From positions 1 through 51,289 of the forward strand of contig CAZWUN010000005.1 of the NCBI GenBank assembly GCA_964637145.1: a stretch of 51,289 nt of DNA, read 5' to 3'. Below the pieces are notes generated by a model. The model saw nothing but the letters and a program-made list of their open reading frames with translations. It made no database searches and was not told where the DNA came from. Numbering within the stretch: position 1 is the stretch's first letter; each line of letters begins with the position of its first letter. The translations under genes were made by a program, and so were the position numbers. Positions 44,131-51,289 of the stretch are shown here, in pieces. This stretch comes from an uncultured Burkholderiales bacterium. Lineage in GTDB: Bacteria; Vulcanimicrobiota; Xenobia; Xenobiales; QWHO01.

Positions 44131-45537
44131 ATGTTGAGCTTGCAGTTTCTAGGCGCCGCCGGCACGGTCACCGGCTCGAAGTATCTCCTGACCTACAAAG
44201 GCCGTCAAATTCTCATCGATTGCGGACTCTTCCAGGGCCTCAAAGAGATCCGCTCACGCAACTGGGAGGATCTACCCGTCGATCCGGCCACAATCGAGGC
44301 TCTGGTGCTCACGCACGCCCACATCGATCACACCGGGTTCATTCCCCGCCTGGTGCGGGACGGCTTCAAAGGCAAGATTCACTGCACTCCGGCCACCCGT
44401 GACCTTTGCACGCTGCTCTTGCCCGACTCAGCCCACCTGCAAGAAGAGCAGGCCTTCTACATGAATAAGGAGCGGCTCAGCCGCCACAAGCCGGCCCTGC
44501 CGCTCTACACCATCTACGACGCCGAGGCCAGCTTGAGGCGGTTTGTCACCCACGACTACCACGAGACCTTCGAGCCCCTCCCGGGGATCTCGATCGTCTA
44601 CCACGACGCCGGCCACATCCTGGGCTCGGCCTGGATCGAGCTGACGGTGGAGGGCAAGAAGATCGTCTTCTCGGGCGACCTGGGTCGCAAAGATGCCCCA
44701 ATCCTTCGTGATCCGGAGGCTCTGGTCGGCTGCGAATACCTGGTGTGCGAAGCCACCTATGGCGACCGCTTGCACGGTAACCACCCCGTTCAGGAGAACA
44801 TGCGCGAGATCTTGTGGGAGACCATGAAGCGTTTTGGCGTGCTGGTCATCCCGGCCTTCGCGGTGGAGCGCTCCCAGGAGATCGTCTACCTTCTGCAAGA
44901 GATCCGCCGAGACGGCGGTCTTCCCGATGTGCCGGTCTTCATCGACTCTCCGATGGCGGCGCGGGCCACCCGCATTTTTGCCAATTACCCTCAATACTTC
45001 GACAATGATGCCCTGGAGCAGCTGCGCACCCAGGGCGCGCTGCCGGGTCTCAAGCTGTGCGAGAGCGTGGCCGACTCGAAGGCCATCGCCAGCGTGCGCC
45101 CGCCCTTCGTGGTCATTTCGGCCAGCGGGATGGCCACCGGAGGCCGTATCCTCCACCACCTGAAGCAGTATCTGCCGGATGCTCGCAATACAGTGCTGCT
45201 GGTGGGCTATCAGTCGATCGGTACCCGGGGCTGGCAGTTGCAGCAGGGTGAGGACCGCATCAAGATCTTCGGGCAATTCGTGCCTGTTCACGCTCGGGTT
45301 CGAAAGTTGGATGGATTCTCGGGTCATGCCGACTACGAGCAGATCAACGAGTGGCTGAAAGCCTGTCCGCAACCGCCCAGGCGGGTCTTCTTGACTCACG
45401 GTGAGGAGGCCGCCCTGGAAGCTCAGCGCGCTCGCATTTCGGCCTGGCAGGGATGGCAGGCCCACGTGCCCGAGCACCTCGAGGAGGTGCAACTCACTTT
45501 CCAGACCAGGGAGGCCGCCGGTGGAGCTGTGGTTTGA
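44131..45537 (+). CDS. MBL-fold beta-CASP family hydrolase (RNA-metabolising type)
   Basis: ATG 44131 (MLSLQFLGAAGTVTGSKYLL). HAHIDHTG, GHILGSA, SGDLGR, CEATYGDR and GFSGHAD motifs. The upstream part of the 43972 ORF merely reads through the tandem repeat. Confidence 0.85.
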   Translation: MLSLQFLGAAGTVTGSKYLLTYKGRQILIDCGLFQGLKEIRSRNWEDLPVDPATIEALVLTHAHIDHTGFIPRLVRDGFKGKIHCTPATRDLCTLLLPDSAHLQEEQAFYMNKERLSRHKPALPLYTIYDAEASLRRFVTHDYHETFEPLPGISIVYHDAGHILGSAWIELTVEGKKIVFSGDLGRKDAPILRDPEALVGCEYLVCEATYGDRLHGNHPVQENMREILWETMKRFGVLVIPAFAVERSQEIVYLLQEIRRDGGLPDVPVFIDSPMAARATRIFANYPQYFDNDALEQLRTQGALPGLKLCESVADSKAIASVRPPFVVISASGMATGGRILHHLKQYLPDARNTVLLVGYQSIGTRGWQLQQGEDRIKIFGQFVPVHARVRKLDGFSGHADYEQINEWLKACPQPPRRVFLTHGEEAALEAQRARISAWQGWQAHVPEHLEEVQLTFQTREAAGGAVV

Positions 45538-46357
45538 GGAGAACACGCCCGAGGGCTGGGGCTTGAAGGTGCGCCTGGAGCGCACGCTCGAGTCGGTCCA
45601 GAGCCAGTTTCAGCGCATCGACCTCTACCAGACTTCGGGGATGGGCAAGCTGCTGGTCATCGACGGCAAGGTCCAACTGTGCGAGTTGGACGAGTTTACC
45701 TATCACGAGATGCTGGCCCACGTCCCGCTGCTCTGTCACCCTGCGCCTCGCCGGGTCATGGTGGTGGGCGGGGGCGACGGTGGCACCATGCGCGAGGTGC
45801 TTGCTCACCCCAGCGTGGAGCGAGCCGTGCTCGTCGAGATCGACTCCGAGGTGGTGCGCGTCTGCCGCGAGCATCTCCCGGCGCTGTCGGGGCGTCTGAG
45901 CGACCCGCGGGTAGAGATCGTGGCCGCCGACGCGGCCGAGTACATGCGCACGGCCCGCGACTTTGACGCCATCCTGGTGGATTCGAGCGACCCGGTGGGC
46001 CCTTCCGAGGTGCTCTTCAGCGGAGGCTTCTATGGCGACCTGCGCCAGGCGCTCACCCCGCAGGGCGTGATGGCCATGCAGTCCGGCTCCCCCTTCTTCT
46101 ACCTCGACCAGATCGTGGGTGCCGTGCGTGGATTGAAGGAGCAATTTCGGCATGTGCGTCCGCTGATCGTGCCGGTGCCGACCTATCCCAGCGGCACCTG
46201 GTCTCTGGTGGCCGCCTCCCTGGGCGAGGATCTCGGCCTGACTGCCGACGAGCTGACTCGCCGCTACCGCGAGCGCGGCCTGCAAACCCGGTGGTACAGC
46301 CCCCAGATGCACCTGGCCAGCCTGGCTCTCCCCCCCTTCCTGGAGCAGGCCTTGTAG
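45521..46357 (+). CDS. speE: spermidine synthase (polyamine aminopropyltransferase)
   Basis: GTG 45521 (VELWFEE) with GGGAGG upstream. VVGGGDGGTMREVL, LVEIDSEVV, ILVDSSDPVGP. Confidence 0.85.
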   Translation: MELWFEENTPEGWGLKVRLERTLESVQSQFQRIDLYQTSGMGKLLVIDGKVQLCELDEFTYHEMLAHVPLLCHPAPRRVMVVGGGDGGTMREVLAHPSVERAVLVEIDSEVVRVCREHLPALSGRLSDPRVEIVAADAAEYMRTARDFDAILVDSSDPVGPSEVLFSGGFYGDLRQALTPQGVMAMQSGSPFFYLDQIVGAVRGLKEQFRHVRPLIVPVPTYPSGTWSLVAASLGEDLGLTADELTRRYRERGLQTRWYSPQMHLASLALPPFLEQAL

Positions 46358-46360
46358 ACG

Positions 46361-47722
46361 ATGGAGATCGTCCATCTCCCGCCGGCCATGGTCGGACTGC
46401 TCAATGCGTTGCGGGACGGGGAGGCCGATGTTGAGAGCCGGCTGGAAGAGTTTGGCTCTGAGCGCCAGGCGGCGGGGCGCTGGCTGGAGTTCCACGGGGC
46501 CTTCAGTCTGGACGCGGAGGACGAGAAAGATCTCGAGAACATCGCCTACCTCTTCGAGCAAGTGGATGAGGCGCTGGATGATCTCGATCTGGGCCGTCTG
46601 CTTCCCCCTCTCTACCAGGCCATGGCCTTGATGGAGCGGGTCAACAAGCGCCGCGAGCAGCCCCACTTCTCCCCCCAACCGGCCGTGAATGACTTCCTCA
46701 TGGCCGCGGCCGCCTACCTCCAGGGTCGGGGCCAGAAGCGGGGCGTGGTCGAGCGCCTGCCGATACTGGAGCAATCCTATCAGAACCTCCGCCAGCTCTA
46801 CCGCCGGCGCAAGGATGAACTGAAGAGCGAAGTGCGACCCGAGCTCGAGACCGGCCTGCGCCATCTCAAGGGGGGCCTGGAAGAGGCCCGGGCAGCCCTG
46901 GAGGCTGATGATCGCGATGGATTGCACGATTCCCTGGCGCGTTTGTCGGGTGGCGCCAGGATTCTGGACCACCTGCTGGAGTGGGATCGCCAGGATCGGC
47001 AACGCTATCAGGCTCGCTATCGCCGTTACAACATCCCGCTGGTGGGACCGGATCTGGAGCTGGCCCTGGAGACCGGCCGCCAGGTGGCCCGTGAAGACTG
47101 GCGGCGGGGAATTCGCAATCTGGAGGATAGCGTGCTGCCCCGCCTCTTCGGGTTCTGGAACCAGGTGCGCTGGCTGCTGGTTTTGCCGATGGAGCTGCGC
47201 GGCTTGCTCGAGGAGATCGACCTGGGCCTGGAAAGGCTGGAGGACGCCGTCGGCCACTTGATGGAGAGCGAAATCACGGCCGAGGAAGCTCTGGGCGAGT
47301 ATGCCGCGGCTTGCGAGAGCCTTCACCATCTCTTCTCGAGCCTCGAGAGCACGGCTCTGCGAGGAGATCGCTTCGTCGGCACTTCCGCTGGCGCCTACTG
47401 GCAGGTTGGCACCGGGCTGCTGGCCGGGAGCGTGCCGCTGGTGGCTCTGGAGGAGCTGCTTCAGAGGTCGCCCCCTTCGGCTGAATGGGGTGAGGTGGGC
47501 CAGCTGATGTCTCAATTCCTGCAACGACCCGACCTCGAGCTCATCAAAGAGGCTCTCTGCCTGTTGAGCGAGCTGGTCCCCGAGTCGGGGCCGGAAGGCC
47601 CCGTGCCTGACAGTTGGAGCTGCGGGTTCTGCGGTTTTGTGAACCCGCTCGGTCAGCACCCCTGCCGGCGCTGCGGGGCCAGCCCGTCGGCCTCCTCCTT
47701 CGAGCAGGCCTGGGAGGCCTGA
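46361..47722 (+). CDS. helical hypothetical protein with C-terminal RanBP2-type zinc finger
   Basis: Starts 4 nt after the speE stop. Mostly predicted helical and rich in Glu/Leu/Arg. The C-terminus WSCGFCGFVNPLGQHPCRRCG fits W-x-C-x2-C-x3-N-x6-C-x2-C. Confidence 0.6.
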   Translation: MEIVHLPPAMVGLLNALRDGEADVESRLEEFGSERQAAGRWLEFHGAFSLDAEDEKDLENIAYLFEQVDEALDDLDLGRLLPPLYQAMALMERVNKRREQPHFSPQPAVNDFLMAAAAYLQGRGQKRGVVERLPILEQSYQNLRQLYRRRKDELKSEVRPELETGLRHLKGGLEEARAALEADDRDGLHDSLARLSGGARILDHLLEWDRQDRQRYQARYRRYNIPLVGPDLELALETGRQVAREDWRRGIRNLEDSVLPRLFGFWNQVRWLLVLPMELRGLLEEIDLGLERLEDAVGHLMESEITAEEALGEYAAACESLHHLFSSLESTALRGDRFVGTSAGAYWQVGTGLLAGSVPLVALEELLQRSPPSAEWGEVGQLMSQFLQRPDLELIKEALCLLSELVPESGPEGPVPDSWSCGFCGFVNPLGQHPCRRCGASPSASSFEQAWEA

Positions 47723-47731
47723 AAAAAAATC

Positions 47732-47750
47732 GGGCTGTGTCGGACAGCCC
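47732..47750. terminator. hairpin GGGCTGT-GTCGG-ACAGCCC flanked by an A8 run on the 5' side (plus strand)
   Basis: Lies 10 nt after the stop at 47722. There is no T-run on the plus strand; the T8 run follows the hairpin only when read on the minus strand, so orientation is ambiguous. Confidence 0.35.
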
Positions 47751-47938
47751 GTCAAGGGGAAGGAGGCCTGGGGACTTGTGCGACCGGGTGTCGCACGAAA
47801 CCATCGTTGAGCTTCTCATCAGGGCGTGGCGCACCCCTGACCAGGGGGGAAAGGTTACCCTTTCGTTTCCGGCCTGTTACAAGATTGTGAAGCCGGCCTT
47901 TCATGGGACTTTCAGGCTCTCCGGATAGACTGGTCAGG

Positions 47939-48958
47939 ATGCAGATTCATGCCCTCAGCAGCTCTCTCTCCTCTCTGGGCTCGCCTCGTCCGGCGGCCTC
48001 CCAGCCGGCCTCGGGTGATCGGGTCAGCCTGTCTCATCCGGCCGGCTGCGCTTGCTGCCAGCCGGCAAGCGGGCCCGCGCCGGCCGGCCAGCCGGCTTTG
48101 CGCCAGCGACTCGACGCCCTGGCGCTCAAGCCCGAGGAGGTAACTCACGTCCTCTACCACGACCCGTGCTTTGACGGCTACGGGGCGGCCTGGGCGGCTT
48201 ATCGGGCCCTGGGAGACCGGGCTCAGTACATCGGGGTTAACTACGACGAGCCGGTGCCCGAACTGCCCAGGGACGCGAAGGTTGCCATCGTGGACTTCAG
48301 TTACCCCCGCGAGAAGCTTCTGGCCCTGAAAGAGCAGGTGGCCGACCTGGTGGTGCTCGATCACCACAAGACCGCCGAAGAGGGCCTTCAGGGCCTCCCT
48401 TTCGCCGTCTTCGAGAAGACGCGGGCGGGCGCCGGTATCGCCTGGGAGTACTTTCATCCCAATAAAGCGGTACCGGGCCTGGTTTCCTACGTCGAGGATC
48501 GGGATCTTTGGAAGTGGGAGCTGCCCCAGAGCCGCGAAGTGTCCGCCGCCCTGGCCAGCTACCCGCGCGACTTCTCGGTCTGGAGCCAGCTCGATTCCGA
48601 CCTGGAGAGGCTCAAAACCGAAGGGGGGGCCATCCGCCGTTACAAGGACCAGTTGGTGGAGGCCACCTTGGAGCGGGTGCGCACGGGCAATATCCGAGGC
48701 TATCAGGTGCCCATCGTGAACACTCCCGCCGAACTGCGCTCGGAAGTGGGCGATGCCCTGTGCCAGAAGTTTCCCGAGGCCCCTTTCGTGGCTCTTTATT
48801 TCGACGACGCGCAGGGCGATCGCAAGTGGTCGCTGCGCTCGCGGGGCGAGTTCGACGCCACCACGGTGGCCCGGACCTTTCCGGGGGGAGGGGGGCACCC
48901 TCAGGCGTGCGGCTTCGAGCAGCCCCGGGCCAACCTGGGTGAGGAGTGGCTGGCCTGA
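47939..48958 (+). CDS. DHH/DHHA1-family phosphoesterase
   Basis: YHDPCFDGYGAAWAA (DHH motif I region), VVLDHHKT, and GGGGHPQACGF (DHHA1 GGGH motif). Start uncertain (GTG/ATG 47903 or ATG 47939). N-terminal ~70 aa are low complexity. Confidence 0.8.
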   Translation: MQIHALSSSLSSLGSPRPAASQPASGDRVSLSHPAGCACCQPASGPAPAGQPALRQRLDALALKPEEVTHVLYHDPCFDGYGAAWAAYRALGDRAQYIGVNYDEPVPELPRDAKVAIVDFSYPREKLLALKEQVADLVVLDHHKTAEEGLQGLPFAVFEKTRAGAGIAWEYFHPNKAVPGLVSYVEDRDLWKWELPQSREVSAALASYPRDFSVWSQLDSDLERLKTEGGAIRRYKDQLVEATLERVRTGNIRGYQVPIVNTPAELRSEVGDALCQKFPEAPFVALYFDDAQGDRKWSLRSRGEFDATTVARTFPGGGGHPQACGFEQPRANLGEEWLA

Positions 48959-48960
48959 CT

Positions 48961-49018
48961 CCTCAGTGACGACAGGAGCGGTCGAAATTCCTCAGCGACG
49001 ACAGGAGCGGTCGACCGT
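48961..49018. repeat. 29-bp direct duplication spanning the trmB stop codon
   Basis: CCTCAGTGACGACAGGAGCGGTCGAAATT (48961-48989) and CCTCAGCGACGACAGGAGCGGTCGACCGT (48990-49018). There is 1 mismatch in the first 25 nt. Confidence 0.75.
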
Positions 49019-49927
49019 TTCGAGCAGGGCGTCCAGGGCACGCTGCACCCCGCGGGTGGGGTAGAAGACGCACCCCGGAGCCGGCCGCAGGTGCCAGGCG
49101 CCTTCCGAGGGAGTGAGCTCGATCCAAAGGTCCTGGTGGAGGGGCTCTTCCACCACGAACACCCGGACCATCGCTTTTCGACGCTCGCGGTCGAAGACCA
49201 GGTCACGGAACTGTACCCGGAAGGCCCCCTCAGCCACCGTTTCGGGCAGATTCCAGCGGTCGGGGAAGTCCTTGACTACGTAAGTGCGCACGGGAACCTC
49301 CGCAGGATGGGGAGCGGGCGGGGCCGGTCCCTCGGGATAGAGCCACGATTCAAAGAACTCTTGCTGTCCTTCGGAGGTCCAGCGCCGCTCATACTTGGTG
49401 TTCAGCGAGGCCGGCACCACCCGGGTCTCGATGCGATAGCCGGCCTGAGCCGCATTGGCCTGGATCTGTCCGAACAGAGGCTCGAAGTCGGTCACGATCC
49501 AGATCCCCGCATCAGGCTTCAAGCGATGTCGCAGCAGACCCAGAAAGTCGACCGAGAAGAGGCGGTGACGCTCGTGGCGTCGCTTCGGCCAGGGGCAGGG
49601 GAAGAGGATGGTGACCTGGCTCAGGCAGTCGGGCGGAAGGCTCCATTCGACCATCTGGCGGGCGTCGCCCTGCATCACCCGCAGGTTGGTCAGTCCTTCC
49701 TGGGCGGCGCGGCGCAGGGCCCGGCGCACCGACTTCCACTCCAGGTCGATGCCCAGGAAGTCCTTCTCACGCTCCGCGCTGGCCGTGCGGACCAGAAACT
49801 CGCCGTTGCCAAAGCCGATCTCCAGCACCACCGGCGATCGCCGTCCGAACAGCGATTCCATGTCCAGCGGGCGGGGGCTCGAGCGCCAGCAGACCAGGGG
49901 CGCCAGGGAGAGATACTTGCCCTGCAT
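48992..49927 (-). CDS. trmB: tRNA (guanine-N7)-methyltransferase with C-terminal extension
   Basis: VVLEIGFGNGEFL SAM-binding motif, FLGIDLEW, ILFPCPWPKRRHERHRL. An extra ~110-aa C-terminal domain is present. Confidence 0.85.
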   Translation of the reverse strand: MQGKYLSLAPLVCWRSSPRPLDMESLFGRRSPVVLEIGFGNGEFLVRTASAEREKDFLGIDLEWKSVRRALRRAAQEGLTNLRVMQGDARQMVEWSLPPDCLSQVTILFPCPWPKRRHERHRLFSVDFLGLLRHRLKPDAGIWIVTDFEPLFGQIQANAAQAGYRIETRVVPASLNTKYERRWTSEGQQEFFESWLYPEGPAPPAPHPAEVPVRTYVVKDFPDRWNLPETVAEGAFRVQFRDLVFDRERRKAMVRVFVVEEPLHQDLWIELTPSEGAWHLRPAPGCVFYPTRGVQRALDALLETVDRSCRR

Positions 49928-49961
49928 GGGCGGCCTTGTTCTGGGCCGGACTGAAATTGCC

Positions 49962-50555
49962 CTAGTTCCGAGGAGCGGCTGAGAACACGTTGGTCTGGAC
50001 TTCCATCTGCACCGTGTTGGGACGGCGACGCTGAGCCACCATGTTCAGCCGCAAGACCCCCCCCAGGTCCTGGACCTGGAAACTGGTGACCGAGCGGGCC
50101 AGCACCCGTCCGCCCACCAGGCTGTTGGCCAGGGGCTGTCCGGTGTACTGCTCGATGGGCAGCACCGCGCTGGTGGTGGCACCAATGGGAACCTCCAGGT
50201 AACGCACCTCCCCCGAGGGGCCGTCGAAATAGTAAAGCTGATAGCTCTGCCAGATGAGCTCGCTGGTAGCGGGATCGAGGGCGAAGACGCCGGCCGGTGT
50301 GATGGCCGAAGGCAGGCTGCAGGCATCCCCGGTGGCGCTCAGGGTGATGGCAGCCAGGCAGGTGGTCTCGGTCTCGCGCACCCAGCGTCCCCCGACGGCC
50401 TGGCCCTGCTGCTGCAACTCGGCCAGACCATCGGCCTTGAACCAGGCCGAGATGCCCATCTTGAAGACGGCAAAGACGGCCGTGGTCAAAATGGCCATGA
50501 TGGAGGCTCCAACCATGGTCTCGAGCAAAGTCGCCCCGCGTCGTTCAGGGCGCAT
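49962..50555 (-). CDS. prepilin-type N-terminal domain protein (minor pseudopilin-like)
   Basis: RRG-ATLLETMVGASIMAILTTAVFAVF, with Gly at -1 and Glu at +5. Confidence 0.7.
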   Translation of the reverse strand: MRPERRGATLLETMVGASIMAILTTAVFAVFKMGISAWFKADGLAELQQQGQAVGGRWVRETETTCLAAITLSATGDACSLPSAITPAGVFALDPATSELIWQSYQLYYFDGPSGEVRYLEVPIGATTSAVLPIEQYTGQPLANSLVGGRVLARSVTSFQVQDLGGVLRLNMVAQRRRPNTVQMEVQTNVFSAAPRN

Positions 50556-50964
50556 AGAAGCAGCTTTCCGTCATCACCCGATGCTGTTGCTGCCAGCGAA
50601 CCTCGACGCGCACGGCTACGAAGTCAGGGCGGATCGGTTGGGTGGTCACGAGCAGAGTGAAGGGGAGATTGGCGACGGTGGCGGTGGGGTAGGGGGCGGG
50701 CGGGAATCCGGTGACCGGTGGCGTCGGAATGGAGCCATCGAAGCTCAGGGCGTTGTGGGGGACGTTGCCCGAGGCACGCACCTGCTCGAGCAACTGGCGA
50801 GCGAGTTGGGTGGCCGTCTGGGCATCGCGCGACTGGGCCAGCAAGCGCAGGCCCGAGGTGAACACCCCGATCAGGGCCAGCATGGCCACGGCCAGGATGC
50901 CCACGGCCAGCATGATCTCGGCCAGGTTGATGCCGCGGCGCCAGTTCTGGCGACAGGAATTCAA
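50545..50964 (-). CDS. prepilin-type N-terminal domain protein (minor pseudopilin-like)
   Basis: RRG-INLAEIMLAVGILAVAMLALIGVF, with Glu at +5. Overlaps both neighbouring genes by a few nt. Confidence 0.7.
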   Translation of the reverse strand: MNSCRQNWRRGINLAEIMLAVGILAVAMLALIGVFTSGLRLLAQSRDAQTATQLARQLLEQVRASGNVPHNALSFDGSIPTPPVTGFPPAPYPTATVANLPFTLLVTTQPIRPDFVAVRVEVRWQQQHRVMTESCFYAP

Positions 50965-51289
50965 CGGCTCATCCAGACGCTGACCTGGAAGGTGCCGATG
51001 GTGGAGCCGGATTGCTCGAGCAGATCGCGCACGAAGGTGACTCGCACTCCCCGGTTGAGGTAGATGTCGCCCGGATTGACCTGTAAGCCAGGGTTGGTGG
51101 GGTCGGGGAAGCCTGGGGGCTGGCTACCATCGTCGGCAGCGATCAGCCCGCCCCGGATATTGACCTCGTTCTCCGAGTAGAAGTAGCCGTTGGTATAGAT
51201 CAGGCCGTTGAAGTGGGCCGCGCCCAGCTTGTCGTAGTCGAGCTGGCTCATGGTGGAGCTGATCAGGTTGTAGATCAGGGCCTGCTGAG
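50961..51289 (-). CDS. 3' end of a larger pilus/secretion-associated hypothetical gene (5' end outside the window)
   Basis: The reading frame stays open to the window edge upstream of the listed Met. 4-nt overlap with the downstream pseudopilin gene. Confidence 0.5.
   Translation of the reverse strand, partial: QQALIYNLISSTMSQLDYDKLGAAHFNGLIYTNGYFYSENEVNIRGGLIAADDGSQPPGFPDPTNPGLQVNPGDIYLNRGVRVTFVRDLLEQSGSTIGTFQVSVWMSR

Noticed and set aside
45494-47755. 753-aa minus-strand ORF antisense to speE and the following gene. Similar long antisense ORFs occur at 789-1922, 14687-15670, 17001-18128, 18608-19636, 21665-22930, 23815-25041, 24288-25574, 26920-28782, 29671-30720, 30684-31910, 32030-33286, 39455-40447, 47912-48898, 49091-49954 and 50254-51063.
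   Set aside because: All lie opposite frames with clear family motifs and have low-complexity Arg/Gly/Pro/Ala/Gln-rich translations. They are the expected consequence of stop-codon scarcity in GC-rich DNA.
47815-47822. CUGAUGAG (hammerhead core-like) on the minus strand of the 47723-47902 intergenic region.
   Set aside because: No matching GAAA core element or stem III/cleavage-site arrangement could be drawn. An isolated 8-mer is expected by chance.

Overview
This is a high-GC, densely coding bacterial chromosomal window. G/C-rich third codon positions separate real frames from the many long antisense shadow ORFs. All family calls come from reading motifs in the supplied translations; no searches were run. 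No rRNA, tRNA, CRISPR array, transposase or integrase was recognised.

Layout from left to right:
1. An Omp85-type outer-membrane barrel gene (756-1964).
2. A roughly 19 kb cell-envelope decoration island (1971-20679). It is built around a PEP mutase (PepM) fused to a nucleotidyltransferase. It also holds a PntC-like nucleotidyltransferase/aminotransferase fusion, a third LicC-like nucleotidyltransferase, two LicD-family transferases and a Stealth hexose-1-phosphotransferase. The rest comprises several glycosyltransferases (one frameshifted), an MsbA-like ABC exporter, a PhyH-type Fe/2OG dioxygenase, an Aur1/PAP2_3-like membrane enzyme and a GNAT. No phosphonopyruvate decarboxylase is visible in the window.
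3. A Hanks-type Ser/Thr kinase and a GT28 MGDG-synthase-like gene.
4. An unusual 825-aa YidD-like / glycine-zipper transmembrane / clostripain (C11) fusion protein with a small tail-anchored protein upstream.
5. An esterase and a Big_2 plus beta-propeller lipoprotein, ending in a G10-CA-C9-T11 homopolymer hairpin.
6. The most interesting locus (28996-34472), a four-gene operon in which every gene junction overlaps. It encodes a cytoplasmic Cys-ladder parallel beta-helix protein with a C-terminal wHTH-like domain, a BrxD/DUF2791-like ATPase, a BrxHI/Lhr-like helicase and a DUF2185/Imm33-like small protein. No BREX (PglX/Z/Y/W) or TerB partner is present. I read it as a candidate undescribed defence or conflict system.
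7. A REC-like gene, an orphan pilin and several hypothetical genes.
8. A five-gene VIT-vWA / thioesterase / membrane-protein operon.
9. A 41/42-bp tandem repeat in a divergent promoter region.
10. Housekeeping genes: a beta-CASP MBL hydrolase, speE, a DHH/DHHA1 phosphoesterase and trmB.
11. A pseudopilin operon running off the right edge.
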